The translations under genes and the position numbers were made by a program. Below are positions 19,854-29,922 of a stretch of DNA of 64,000 bases, piece by piece (position 1 is the stretch's first letter; the number at the start of each line of letters is the position of its first letter). Under the pieces are notes generated by a model, which worked only from the letters and a program-made list of their open reading frames with translations, did no database searches and had not been told where the DNA came from. The stretch spans positions 224,001-288,000 of the forward strand of contig JBKBYA010000001.1 in NCBI GenBank assembly GCA_046313635.1, read 5' to 3'. The DNA comes from Pyrinomonadaceae bacterium (GTDB lineage Bacteria; Acidobacteriota; Blastocatellia; Pyrinomonadales; Pyrinomonadaceae).

Positions 19854-21638
19854 ATGCGGCAATTGAAAAAACAACGTTCGTTCCTCTTACTGATCGTCGT
19901 TCTCCTCTCGGCTCACCTGGCAAGCGCTCAGAAAGGCGGTCTGTCGATCGAGTACTCCGTCTCGCTCAGCGATCCGGCCAAGCAGCAGTTTCACGTCACG
20001 ACCACGATCAGGAACATCAACCAGCCTCGGCTCGATCTCAGCCTGCCGACGTGGACGCCCGGCTGGTACACGATCGAGAACTACGCGAAGAACCTTCTCC
20101 GATTTCGCGTGACCGATCCGTCGACGGGCAAGATCGTCCGCCACACGATGTCAAAAAAGCAGACCTGGAATGTCGATACGCGCGGCCTAAATGAGATCAA
20201 GATCGATTACGACTACCAGGCCCTCGTGCTCGCGCTCAACCAGGCAAAGATCGCGAAAGACTTTGCGTTCTTTACCGGCGTCGAGCTCTTTCTCGAGCCC
20301 GTCGGCCACCGCGACCGGCCCAGCACGGTACGCTTTTCGGTCCCGCAGGGATGGAAGATCATGACGGCGCTAAAAGAGACGGCCGACCCGACGATCTTCA
20401 CTGCGGAGAATTACGACGTGCTCGTCGACGCGCCGGTCGAGCTCGGCAATTTTGACGTGACGCGGTTCGAGGTCGAGGGCAAGCCGCACTATTTTGTCGC
20501 GACGCCGGCCGGGACTTTCAATAAAGAGAAGTCGGCAAAGTTCGTCGACATGCTCGCAAAGGTCGCGTCGGCGCACAGCAAGATGTTTGGCGGGCTGCCG
20601 TACGAGAAGTACGTTTACTTTTACTTTTTCGCGCCGCCTGAGTCGAACGCGAGCGGTGCGCTCGAGCACCTCAATTCGTTCGTCGCATTCGCTCCCACGG
20701 GCGAGCGGGCGCAGCCCGAGCAGCTGATCGGGACGGCATCGCACGAGTTCTTTCATCTCTGGAACGTAAAGCGGATCCGGCCCGCCGAGATGTGGCCGTA
20801 CGATTACTCGCGTGAGAACGAGTCGCCGCTGCTATGGGTCTCGGAGGGCTTTACGAATTACTACGGCGTCGTCGGCGTCTATCGTGCCGGGCTGATGAGC
20901 GAGAACGACTTTCTGCAGCGCGCGGCCGGCGCGGCGTCGGGGATCGAGGGCTCCGAGGCTCGACATTACATCTCACCGGCCGAATCGTCGGTCTCGACCT
21001 GGATCGGCTACGACAGCCCGACGGCATTCGGGATCTCGTACTACACGCAGGGGCAGAATCTCGCCGCGCTGCTCGACCTCTCGATCAGGCACGACACGGG
21101 CGGAACGTCGAGTCTCGACGACGTCTTTCGCGCGCTGCACGCCGAGCACTACCGGCGAGGGCGCGGCTTCACGACCGAAGACCTGATCCGCATCATCAAC
21201 CGCATCGCGAAAAAGGACTATCGCGAGTTTTTTGACCGCTACGTTTTCTGGACCGACGTGCCCGATTACGATCGCATCTTTGGCTACGCCGGCTACCGGC
21301 TTGAGAAAAAGAAGCAGCAGGGACCGGAATTTGGCTTTAGTGTCCGCGGCCGCAACGGCGGTCTGATGGTCAACGCGGTCGAGCCGCAATCGCCGGCGGC
21401 GAACGCCGGGCTCGAGGTCGGCGACGTGATCGTCAAGATCAACGGCGAGTCGCCGCTCAATGCCGCGTTAGGTGCCTTCGCAGGCAAGACGATCACGCTG
21501 AGGGTCAGTCGCGGCGGCGTCGAAAAGGAAGTTCCGATGAAGGTCGGCGTGCGCGAATACACCGATATCTCGCTCGTCTCGGTCGACCGGCCGACCGCCG
21601 AGCAGATAAAGATCCGCGAAGGCTGGCTTAAGCGTTAG
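19854..21638 (+). CDS. M61 family metallopeptidase with PDZ domain
   Basis: PTWTPGWY, GALEH, HEFFHLWNVKRIRP, LWVSEGFTNYY, SPAANAGLEVGDVIVKING. Confidence 0.93.
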   Translation: MRQLKKQRSFLLLIVVLLSAHLASAQKGGLSIEYSVSLSDPAKQQFHVTTTIRNINQPRLDLSLPTWTPGWYTIENYAKNLLRFRVTDPSTGKIVRHTMSKKQTWNVDTRGLNEIKIDYDYQALVLALNQAKIAKDFAFFTGVELFLEPVGHRDRPSTVRFSVPQGWKIMTALKETADPTIFTAENYDVLVDAPVELGNFDVTRFEVEGKPHYFVATPAGTFNKEKSAKFVDMLAKVASAHSKMFGGLPYEKYVYFYFFAPPESNASGALEHLNSFVAFAPTGERAQPEQLIGTASHEFFHLWNVKRIRPAEMWPYDYSRENESPLLWVSEGFTNYYGVVGVYRAGLMSENDFLQRAAGAASGIEGSEARHYISPAESSVSTWIGYDSPTAFGISYYTQGQNLAALLDLSIRHDTGGTSSLDDVFRALHAEHYRRGRGFTTEDLIRIINRIAKKDYREFFDRYVFWTDVPDYDRIFGYAGYRLEKKKQQGPEFGFSVRGRNGGLMVNAVEPQSPAANAGLEVGDVIVKINGESPLNAALGAFAGKTITLRVSRGGVEKEVPMKVGVREYTDISLVSVDRPTAEQIKIREGWLKR

Positions 21639-21664
21639 CGCCGGATGTTGATCGTTAAAATAAG

Positions 21665-21696
21665 AAACGCCGTCGAGTGATATCGACGGCGTTTTT
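21665..21696. terminator. bidirectional intrinsic terminator
   Basis: AAACGCCGTCGA-GTGATA-TCGACGGCGTTTTT between convergent genes. Confidence 0.8.
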
Positions 21697-21713
21697 CGTT
21701 GCGGAAGGCGTTT

Positions 21714-22463
21714 CTAGTCGTAAAGATAGATCTTCATTCCGACCGGCATCAGCTTAAACAGCTTCTGGTCGGCGCCGCGCGGCACGCGGACGCAGCCGTG
21801 GCTCGCGGGCCTCGGCGGGATCGATGCCGAGCCGTGCACGGCCCAGCCCTCCTTGAAGTAGCTCGGGAAGTAGAGACTGCCGAGCGGCGCCTCGCGCGTG
21901 CCGTTAAACTTTCGCTCGATGCGAAATTCGCCTCGCGGCGTCACGGCGACGTCCCACGCATTTTTTGACTTGTCGAAGTATCGCTTGCCGTTCCCGGTCG
22001 AGACCGGAACGATCAGCGAGACGCGGCCGCCGGCATCAACGACAAAAAGTACCTGTCGCGAGATGTCGACCTCGATGTGCGGGCCGCCGGAGAACTTTGG
22101 CGTCGGTGCCGATGCCGAGCGAAGCCGCTCGAGCACCGCTGGCGTCAGGACGCCGGTGCGTTTGAGTCCCTCGACCTTTTGAAACGCCATGATCGCGTGA
22201 CGTGTCGCGGGGTCGAGCCGGCCGTCGACCTTGCCGGTCCAGTAGCCGAGTTCGCTGAGCAGCCGCTCGGCATCAGACACGCTGAGAGCCGCGGCAGCAC
22301 GCTCGACGGTCTGCGGCGGCGGCTCAGGCGCGACCGCGGGCGTTGCCGCGGCGTCCTGCGCGCGTGCGGCCGCAACGGTAAAAAGTAAAAGCAGGACGCC
22401 GAGCATCGGGCCCGGGCGACGGCTTAAGAACGAGACTAGGGGGATGAGATCTGTTCGCTTCAT
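21714..22463 (-). CDS. L,D-transpeptidase with peptidoglycan-binding domain
   Basis: LSELGY..GKVDG...AIMAFQK...LKRTG; TPRGEF; HGS...ASHGCVR. Confidence 0.92.
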   Translation of the reverse strand: MKRTDLIPLVSFLSRRPGPMLGVLLLLFTVAAARAQDAAATPAVAPEPPPQTVERAAAALSVSDAERLLSELGYWTGKVDGRLDPATRHAIMAFQKVEGLKRTGVLTPAVLERLRSASAPTPKFSGGPHIEVDISRQVLFVVDAGGRVSLIVPVSTGNGKRYFDKSKNAWDVAVTPRGEFRIERKFNGTREAPLGSLYFPSYFKEGWAVHGSASIPPRPASHGCVRVPRGADQKLFKLMPVGMKIYLYD

Positions 22464-22653
22464 ATTGGTAGGCTGACTGCCTCATTTTAGACGTGTGGGG
22501 TCGACATTCGTGCTCCCGGCAAATATAAGACGCCGATTTTAATTAAAAATCCAGCCGCCAGAGGCCCGCGCGCCGCAAAATCCGAACAAAAGATCCGGAC
22601 GTCGGTCTGAGGCCGATCGCGACGGGCGTCGCTGATGTTAGAATTCTCGGGCC

Positions 22654-23406
22654 GTGACGACAGAAAATAGCGACAAGATCATCGAGCTTAGGTCGGTCAG
22701 TTATGCCATCGGCGGCAGCGCGGTACTCGAAGAGATCGGGTTCGGCGTACGCCGCGGCGAGGTGCTCGTGCTCCTCGGCGAATCGGGCTGCGGCAAAACG
22801 ACGACGCTTCGGCTCGTCAACCGCCTGATCGAGCCGACGGCCGGAGAGATCTTTATCGACGGCCGCGATTCGCGCGAATGGGACGCGATCGAGCTGCGCC
22901 GGCATATCGGCTACGTGCTGCAGGACGGCGGACTCTTTCCGCACTTGACCGTCGCAGAGAACGTCGCCGTTGTGCCGCGGCTGCTCGAGTGGGAGCGGGC
23001 TCGTGTCGAGGCCCGCGTCGACGAGATGCTTGCTCTCGCCGGTCTCGAGCCCGGAGCCTTTCGCGAACGCTTCCCGCACGAATTGTCAGGCGGCCAGCGC
23101 CAGCGCGTCGGCGTCGCACGCGCTCTGGCTGCCGATCCGCCGATCGTTTTGCTCGACGAGCCCTTTGGCGCTCTCGACGCGCTGACGCGGACGCGGCTGC
23201 AGAGCGAATTCGCCGAGATCGTGCGGCGACTCGACAAGACCGCCATTCTTGTCACGCACGACCTGCACGAGGCGATGAAGCTCGCATCGCGGATCGCGCT
23301 GATGGACGCGGGCCGCATCGCGCTGCTCGACACGCCCGAGGGCTTTTTGCGGTCCGAGCTGCCGCTCGCCCGGCGGTATCTCGACACGGTCTTTGTCACG
23401 CCTTGA
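22654..23406 (+). CDS. osmoprotectant (OpuA/OsmV-like) ABC transporter ATP-binding protein
   Basis: GESGCGKTT, LRRHIGYVLQ..GLFPH, PHELSGGQRQRVGVARALAADP, LDEPFGALD. Confidence 0.92.
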   Translation: MTTENSDKIIELRSVSYAIGGSAVLEEIGFGVRRGEVLVLLGESGCGKTTTLRLVNRLIEPTAGEIFIDGRDSREWDAIELRRHIGYVLQDGGLFPHLTVAENVAVVPRLLEWERARVEARVDEMLALAGLEPGAFRERFPHELSGGQRQRVGVARALAADPPIVLLDEPFGALDALTRTRLQSEFAEIVRRLDKTAILVTHDLHEAMKLASRIALMDAGRIALLDTPEGFLRSELPLARRYLDTVFVTP

Positions 23407-23465
23407 ACCCAAGGCTATCCTTCAACACGAAACTTGCAGCCTCACTTATTTAGACGTAACCAGGT

Positions 23466-25043
23466 ATGACGATCAAAGATCAAAACAGACGTGACTTTAT
23501 CAAGACGGGCCTCGCGGGCTTTGCGGCGCTCTCGTTGTTTGGCCGTGCGGACGGCGCGTCGGCGGACATTCTTATGCAGCAAGATCCTTATCCAGAGCTG
23601 GTCGAGGCGACGATCGGCGATCTGCAGGCAAAGATGCGCGCCGGTCAATTGACCTCGCGCCGTCTCGTCGAGATGTACCTCGAGCGGATCGAAAAGATCG
23701 ATCCGAAACTTCGCTCCGTGATCGAGACAAATCCCGACGCCCTCGCGATCGCCGACGGTCTCGATAGAGAGCGACGGCGCGGCAAGATGCGTTCGATGCT
23801 GCACGGCATCCCGATCCTGATCAAGGACAACATCGACACCGCCGACCGGATGCACACGACCGCCGGCTCGCTCGCGCTCGTCGACGCTCCCGTGCCTCGG
23901 CAGGACGCGTTTGTTGCGGCCCGGCTTCGCAAGGCGGGAGCGGTCATCATCGGCAAGACGAATCTGAGCGAATGGGCAAATTTCCGCTCGACCAAGTCGA
24001 TCAGCGGCTGGTCGGGCCGCGGCGGACAGACGAATAATCCGTACTATCTCGACCAGAACCCGTGCGGCTCGTCGTCAGGCTCCGGCGTCGCGGTCTCGGC
24101 AAATCTCGCGGCCGCGGCGGTCGGCACCGAGACCAACGGTTCGATCATCTGCCCGGCGCTGACGAATGGCGTCGTCGGCATCAAGCCGACGCTCGGCCTC
24201 GTCTCGCGCAGCGGCATCATCCCGATAGCGCACACGCAGGACACGGCCGGCCCGATGGCCCGCACCGTAGCCGACGCGGCGATACTTCTCGGCGCGCTCA
24301 CCGGCCGCGACAAGAATGATGCGATCACGGCCGACGCGGAAAAGAAGGGCGCATCGGACTACACAAAATTTCTCGACCCCAACGGCCTCAAAGGCGCTCG
24401 GCTCGGCCTCGTGATGCAATACCTGCCGAGGCAGAATGCCGAGCAGTGGCGAGCGTACTATCAGCCCTTCATCGATAAGCTCCGCGAAGCCGGCGCGACG
24501 CTCGTCGAGGTTATGTTCACGCCCGACTACAGCAAGATCGCCGACGACCGTCTCAACGTTTTGCTGTACGAATTCAAGACCGACCTCAACAAGTACCTCG
24601 CCGCGCGCGGCGCACGATACAAGACGCTCGCCGACCTGATCAAATTCAACGACGAGAACAAGGAAAAGGAAATGCCGAAATTCGGTCAGGAACTTTTCCT
24701 GCAGGCGCAGGAGAAGGGCGACCTGACCGACAAGGCCTACCTCGACGCCCTAGCAAAGATCAAAAAAGCGACGCGTGAGGACGGCATCGACGCGGTTCTG
24801 GCAAAGGACCATCTTGACGCCATCGTCGGCCCGACGAGCGGCGCGACCTGGTCGATAGCGGCCGTCGCAGGCTACCCGTACATAACGGTCCCGCTCGGCC
24901 TGAGAGATAACACGGCGACGGGAATGGCCTTTTTCGGCCGGCCTTGGAGCGAGCCTTCGCTGATCAGGTACGCTTTCGCATTCGAGCAGCAGACAAAGGG
25001 CCGCGTCGCGCCGCAATATCTGGCGACTTATCAAAAGAAGTAG
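23466..25043 (+). CDS. Tat-exported amidase (amidase signature family)
   Basis: NRRDFIK twin-arginine; GIPILIKDN, GKTNLSEWAN, GSSSGS, GTETNGSI. Confidence 0.93.
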   Translation: MTIKDQNRRDFIKTGLAGFAALSLFGRADGASADILMQQDPYPELVEATIGDLQAKMRAGQLTSRRLVEMYLERIEKIDPKLRSVIETNPDALAIADGLDRERRRGKMRSMLHGIPILIKDNIDTADRMHTTAGSLALVDAPVPRQDAFVAARLRKAGAVIIGKTNLSEWANFRSTKSISGWSGRGGQTNNPYYLDQNPCGSSSGSGVAVSANLAAAAVGTETNGSIICPALTNGVVGIKPTLGLVSRSGIIPIAHTQDTAGPMARTVADAAILLGALTGRDKNDAITADAEKKGASDYTKFLDPNGLKGARLGLVMQYLPRQNAEQWRAYYQPFIDKLREAGATLVEVMFTPDYSKIADDRLNVLLYEFKTDLNKYLAARGARYKTLADLIKFNDENKEKEMPKFGQELFLQAQEKGDLTDKAYLDALAKIKKATREDGIDAVLAKDHLDAIVGPTSGATWSIAAVAGYPYITVPLGLRDNTATGMAFFGRPWSEPSLIRYAFAFEQQTKGRVAPQYLATYQKK

Positions 25044-25055
25044 CTCGGAAAGCAA

Positions 25056-26597
25056 ATGTCGTTTGCAGAGTTCCTGACACGCAGCTGGATCGAACTGCTC
25101 GTGCTGACGCGCGAGCACATTCTGCTCGTGCTGTTGTCGACCGGAGCGGCGGTCGTGCTGGGAATTCCGCTCGGCGTTTTGCTTACTCGCGTCAGCTCGC
25201 TGAGGGCCCCGGTGCTGGGCTTTGCAAACGTGATGCAGACCGTGCCGAGCCTCGCTCTCTTTGGTTTGCTGATACCTGTGCCTTTCATCGGCGGCATCGG
25301 CGCTCGAACGGCCGTGATCGCTCTCGCGCTGTACGCACTGCTGCCGGTGATAAGAAATACCGTCACCGGAATTCTCGGCATCGACCCAAAGCTCGTCGAC
25401 GCCGCGACGGCAATGGGCATGACCGACCGGCAGAAACTTTTTCGGGTCGAATTGCCGCTCGCGATGCCGGTGATCCTGACCGGCGTGCGGGTCGCCGTCG
25501 TCATCTCGGTCGGCGTCGCGACCGTCGCGGCCGCGGTCGGCGCGGGCGGACTCGGAACGTACATCTTCCGCGGCCTGCGGCAGAACGACAACAACCTTCT
25601 CCTCGCCGGGGCGATCGCGTCGGCAGTTCTGGCTCTGGTCTGCGATCTCGCGCTCGGCCTCTTTGCAAAAACGTACGAGATCGGCAAACACCGCCGGCCG
25701 CGAATGCTGCTCGGCGTCGCCTTTGGCCTCTTGCTCGCGCTCGTCGCGATCGGCGTCTGGCCGGCATTCTCGCGGCCGAACTCAGGCAGTAACTCGATCG
25801 TCGTCGGTTCAAAGGACTTTACCGAATCGGTCGTCCTCGCCGAGATCCTCGCGCAGCTTCTCGAGAAGCAAGGCGTCGTGGTCGAGCGCCGCTTGGAGCT
25901 CGGCGGCAATCTGCCGCACGATTCGCTGCTCTCGGGCGAGATCGACGTCTATCCCGAATATACGGGAACTGCTTTTACCGCGATCCTCAAGCATACGCCG
26001 ATGACTGACATGGCCGCGGTCTACGAGCAGACCAAAGAGGAGTATCGGGAGAGATTCGGTCTCGCTGTCAGTCCGCCGCTAGGCTTTTCGAATGACTTCG
26101 CGATCCTCGTCCGCGGCGACGTCGCGCGGCGGAGCGGTCTCAAGACGATCTCCGACGCCGTTCCGCTCGCGAGGAATTGGCGGGCGGGCTTCGGGCAGGA
26201 CTTTATGTCTCGAGCGGACGGTTATCCGGGATTTGTGAAAGCGTACGGGCTGGAGTTTGCCGGCCAGCCTCGTGAAATGGACCTCTCGCTGACGTATCGA
26301 GCACTCGCCGCGGGCGAGGTCGACCTCATCGCGGGCAATTCGACCGACGGTTTGATCGCCGCGCTCGACCTCTTCCAGCTTGCGGACGACCGACGTTATT
26401 TCCCGCCGTATCAGGCCGTTTTTATCGCCCGCGGCGATGCCGCCGGAAGACTCGCTCCCGCGTTTGACGAGCTCAAGGACGCCGTCTCGACCGACGATAT
26501 GCGTCGCCTGAACTATGAGGTCGACGGCAAAAAGCGTTCGCCGCGCGAGGTCGCGGCCGAGTGGATTCGTGAAAGATCGTTTGCAACGGCACGGTAA
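25056..26597 (+). CDS. glycine betaine/choline-type ABC permease fused to substrate-binding domain
   Basis: QTVPSLALFG, VELPLAMPVI, GAGGLG; VGSKDFTES, IDVYPEYTGT, DDRRYFPPY. Confidence 0.92.
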   Translation: MSFAEFLTRSWIELLVLTREHILLVLLSTGAAVVLGIPLGVLLTRVSSLRAPVLGFANVMQTVPSLALFGLLIPVPFIGGIGARTAVIALALYALLPVIRNTVTGILGIDPKLVDAATAMGMTDRQKLFRVELPLAMPVILTGVRVAVVISVGVATVAAAVGAGGLGTYIFRGLRQNDNNLLLAGAIASAVLALVCDLALGLFAKTYEIGKHRRPRMLLGVAFGLLLALVAIGVWPAFSRPNSGSNSIVVGSKDFTESVVLAEILAQLLEKQGVVVERRLELGGNLPHDSLLSGEIDVYPEYTGTAFTAILKHTPMTDMAAVYEQTKEEYRERFGLAVSPPLGFSNDFAILVRGDVARRSGLKTISDAVPLARNWRAGFGQDFMSRADGYPGFVKAYGLEFAGQPREMDLSLTYRALAAGEVDLIAGNSTDGLIAALDLFQLADDRRYFPPYQAVFIARGDAAGRLAPAFDELKDAVSTDDMRRLNYEVDGKKRSPREVAAEWIRERSFATAR

Positions 26598-26912
26598 ATC
26601 CCGTACTCTAAGTGACTTGATACCTTCTCTCTATTGTCGACGGTATGTTCGCTTCACCGGTTGAAGCGTTTTGGATAGCTCGAGAGTCGGTTCGTTACAT
26701 CACTGTCAGAAGTGGCCGAATGGCCTTCGAACGCCGGTACTAGCGTCCTGTTTACCGTTCACGACCTGCCTGGTTTGATCCCGCGTTAGATAGCTTCTAA
26801 AGCAATCCCGAAGAATTGTGATCTGTCGCGTCCGACGTTTGATTGGACGCAGCCGGGCAAAAGATACGCCCGCGGCGCAGGGCTTCGGTCGAGAGAAGAG
26901 ATACAAATACAA
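26581..26912 (+). promoter_or_regulatory. promoter and ~300-nt structured 5' leader of DEAD-box helicase
   Basis: TTGCAA-N17-TACTCT at 26581-26609; several hairpins; CTTCTCTC (26624-26631) complementary to GAGAGAAG (26891-26898). Confidence 0.5.
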
Positions 26913-28124
26913 ATGAGTTTTAGAGAACTAGGCTTGCTGCCCGCTTTGGCGGAGAAGTGCGAGCGTCTGGGTTTTGCAGAGCCTACTCCCATCCAAAAGC
27001 AGGCGATCCCCGTAGTACTGGCCGGCCGCGACGTTATCGCGTGTGCCGAAACCGGAACGGGCAAGACGGCGGCATTTTTGCTGCCGACACTTCAGAAACT
27101 TGATCCGAAAAAGAAGCGCAGCGGCATCTCGGTGCTCGTGCTCGCCCCGACACGCGAGCTGGCAAATCAGATCGAGACCGAATGCCGTCGGTTCGCTCCG
27201 AAAGGCATTACCTGCGCGGCCGTCATCGGCGGTTCGGCGTACGGCAAGCAGATCGCGGCGCTCGAGCGCGGCGTTGACATCCTCATCGCGACGCCGGGAC
27301 GCCTGATCGACTTTATGGAGCAGGGCATGGTCAATTTCAACAATCTGACCACGCTGGTGCTTGACGAGGCCGACCGGATGCTCGATATGGGCTTTTTGCC
27401 CGCCATCCGCCGGATCGTAAAGGCGGTGCCGGCCGAGCGGCAAACGCTGTTTTTCTCGGCGACTATGGCCCGCGAGGTCGAAAGGGTCGCCTTCGAGATA
27501 GTCAAAGACCCCTCGATGGTCGAGGCCGCACGCCGCGGAACGGCCGCGGTGACCATCGAGCAGCACGCCTATCCGGTGGCCCCGCAGCACAAGATGCCCT
27601 TGCTGCTCGATTTGCTCGAAAAAGAAGATTGGGAAAGAGTGCTCGTCTTTACGCGGACAAAGCGTGGGGCCGACAAGCTTGCTCACATCCTCGAGAAACG
27701 CGAGCACAGCTCAAACCGCATCCACGGCGACCGTTCGCAGTCGCAGCGTGAGGCGGCCCTGCGAAGCTTCAAGGCCGGCAAGACACGGGTGCTCGTCGCG
27801 ACCGACGTGGCGGCCCGCGGCATCGATATCGATTCGGTCTCGCATGTGATAAACTATGACATCCCGCAGGCACCGGAAGACTACGTCCACCGGATCGGCC
27901 GGACCGGTCGAGCCGGAAATGCGGGACGTGCGATCACACTTTTCACCGCGGCCGAAGAGCATTCCATGCACGCCATCGAGAGGCTGATGGGACGAAAGGT
28001 CGAGCGGGTCATCCTGCCGGATTTCGGTGGGTCGGCTCTGGCTGAAACGGTCGGATCGACAAAGTATTCGGCGGCGACGCCCTCAAAAAGAACGTTTCGC
28101 TCGTTCGGCAAACGACGTCGCTGA
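26913..28124 (+). CDS. DEAD-box RNA helicase (RhlE-like)
   Basis: PTPIQ, AETGTGKT, PTRELA, TPGRL, LDEADRMLDMGF, SAT, HRIGRTGRAG. Confidence 0.96.
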   Translation: MSFRELGLLPALAEKCERLGFAEPTPIQKQAIPVVLAGRDVIACAETGTGKTAAFLLPTLQKLDPKKKRSGISVLVLAPTRELANQIETECRRFAPKGITCAAVIGGSAYGKQIAALERGVDILIATPGRLIDFMEQGMVNFNNLTTLVLDEADRMLDMGFLPAIRRIVKAVPAERQTLFFSATMAREVERVAFEIVKDPSMVEAARRGTAAVTIEQHAYPVAPQHKMPLLLDLLEKEDWERVLVFTRTKRGADKLAHILEKREHSSNRIHGDRSQSQREAALRSFKAGKTRVLVATDVAARGIDIDSVSHVINYDIPQAPEDYVHRIGRTGRAGNAGRAITLFTAAEEHSMHAIERLMGRKVERVILPDFGGSALAETVGSTKYSAATPSKRTFRSFGKRRR

Positions 28125-28151
28125 AAAAGTTAAAGAGGAAGTAAAAGAACT

Positions 28152-28505
28152 ATGAAAACAGAGATCTATGCGGCAGGCGACACGTTGACCATGATGTGCT
28201 CGTCCTGTGATTCGGAGCAAGAGCACAACGTCGGCAGCGTGACCAAGCTGGGCAAGATCACGTCGGTCGTCTGCAGCACGTGCGGTACGTCGAGCAAATA
28301 CAGCCGGGGCGTCAAGACGTCGGTTTCCCTCGCAGGCTCGAAAAAGGCTTCGCCGTACGACCGGACCAGAAAATACAAAAAGGGCCAGGTGATGCTGCAC
28401 GCGATGTTTGGCCACGGCGAGGTCACGGGAGTCGATTACCAAAAGATCGACGTCCTGTTCGGCGACACGACGCGCAGGCTGCTGCACGATCAGAATCAGA
28501 ATTAG
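28152..28505 (+). CDS. conserved hypothetical protein with Cys-rich zinc-binding N-terminus
   Basis: CSSC...CSTC; C-terminal Y..GQVMLHAMFGHGEV...KIDVLF; GAGGA RBS. Confidence 0.75.
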   Translation: MKTEIYAAGDTLTMMCSSCDSEQEHNVGSVTKLGKITSVVCSTCGTSSKYSRGVKTSVSLAGSKKASPYDRTRKYKKGQVMLHAMFGHGEVTGVDYQKIDVLFGDTTRRLLHDQNQN

Positions 28506-28520
28506 TTCTTGCCGATCGGC

Positions 28521-28563
28521 AAAAAGGCGTCCCGAGCGAAACTCGGGACGCCTTTCTTTTTTT
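28521..28563. terminator. intrinsic terminator
   Basis: AAAGGCGTCCCGAG-CGAAA-CTCGGGACGCCTTT followed by T-tract. Confidence 0.88.
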
Positions 28564-28581
28564 GACGCAGGCAGGCCCGCT

Positions 28582-28935
28582 CTACCGGCGCCGCTTGAGC
28601 AAAAGACCAAGTATCAGACCGGCCGCCGCCGAGATAAGGATCGCGTTGCCGGGCTTTTGCCGGGCGTACTGCTTGGCCTCCTCGACCAGCTGCTTCGGGT
28701 CCTTGTCGTGCAGTTCTTTGAATTTGTCGCTCGCCTGAGCAAACTTCTCACCCGCGAATTCTCGGGCCTTGGCCGCAGCATCCTGCAGCCTTTGTCCATA
28801 CTCCTGTGCTTGCATTCTTAGATCTCCTAAAAACTCGTCGTCGCCGGCTTTGCCGCCGGATTCGTCCCGCAAAGGCACAAGCCCCTGGTTGAGCTCGGCC
28901 TCGGCCTTTTTAACTTCTTCTTCAAACTCCGACAT
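28582..28935 (-). CDS. ElaB/YqjD/DUF883-like tail-anchored protein
   Basis: YARQKPGNAILISAAAGLILGLLLKRRR C-terminus; GGAGG RBS. Confidence 0.8.
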   Translation of the reverse strand: MSEFEEEVKKAEAELNQGLVPLRDESGGKAGDDEFLGDLRMQAQEYGQRLQDAAAKAREFAGEKFAQASDKFKELHDKDPKQLVEEAKQYARQKPGNAILISAAAGLILGLLLKRRR

Positions 28936-29160
28936 CGTTTTTTAATCCTCCCATCGAACTGTCTATTGGACCGCCGACCTTGCGTCGGCACCGCGACAGG
29001 CCCGGATCGTCCGAGCCCCGCTCAAATAATAACGGACCGCTATTAAAAATGTTCCGCTCGCGGTGAAACACAACCGGCCAGCGAATACGCGTAGATGGTT
29101 TGACCGCCGGGCCGTACGGGTCGGTATGAGCCGCGAGACGCGGTCGACAGCGGGCATCGT

Positions 29161-29222
29161 TTGACAACGCTCGGGCGCGGGTGGCAATCTTAGTCCTTCG
29201 TAAGTAAGTGAGCACTTACTTA
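29161..29222 (+). promoter_or_regulatory. sigma70 promoter plus TetR operator palindrome
   Basis: TTGACA at 29161, TGG-CAATCT -10; perfect IR TAAGTAAGTG-AG-CACTTACTTA at 29201-29222. Confidence 0.8.
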
Positions 29223-29244
29223 ACATTTTGTAAAGGAGCGAGCC

Positions 29245-29895
29245 TTGATCGACAGTCAAATCTCAATTCAGCCGCTGCGAATGAAGGGCGACGAGCGTCG
29301 GGAACATATCCTGGAGGCGGCCGTAAACCTCTTTGCTCGTCACGGCTTCAGCGGCACGACGACCAAAGAGATCGCCCGGGCGGCGGGCGTGTCGGAGGCG
29401 ATGGTCTTCCGTCATTTTGAAACCAAAGAGGCGCTTTACGGCGCGATCATCGACCGGCAGGTCTGCCAGAGCGGGGCGTCCAAATTCCCTTGGGAAGACG
29501 ATAGCGAACTGAAAAAGGCGATCGAGACCGGCGACGATCACACGTTCTTTTACCGGATCGGCGTCCGCGCGCTTGAGAAGCACCAGCGGGATGTCGAGTT
29601 TATGCGGCTGCTCTTTTTTTCGGCGCTTGAGGAGCACGAGCTGGCCGAGCGTTTCTTTAACGAGTTCGTCGCGACCGTTTACGACTTTATCGGCCGGTAC
29701 ATCAAGCGGCGCCAGGCCGAAGGTGCGATGCGCGACGTCAAGCCGAAGGTCGCGGTGAGGGCGTTTGTCGGAATGCTCATCCATCACTCGCTCAACAACA
29801 TTCTGTGGGACAAGAATCGCCGGCTGCTAAAGATCTCGAATGAAGAGGCGGCCCGAAATTTCGCCGAGATCCTGCTGAGGGGCATCGCAAAGTGA
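29245..29895 (+). CDS. TetR/AcrR family regulator
   Basis: ILEAAVNLFARHGFSGTTTKEIARAAGVSEAMVFRHFETKEALY. Confidence 0.95.
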   Translation: MIDSQISIQPLRMKGDERREHILEAAVNLFARHGFSGTTTKEIARAAGVSEAMVFRHFETKEALYGAIIDRQVCQSGASKFPWEDDSELKKAIETGDDHTFFYRIGVRALEKHQRDVEFMRLLFFSALEEHELAERFFNEFVATVYDFIGRYIKRRQAEGAMRDVKPKVAVRAFVGMLIHHSLNNILWDKNRRLLKISNEEAARNFAEILLRGIAK

Positions 29896-29922
29896 CGTCG
29901 CCGCTCGCATCTCTTTTTATCG

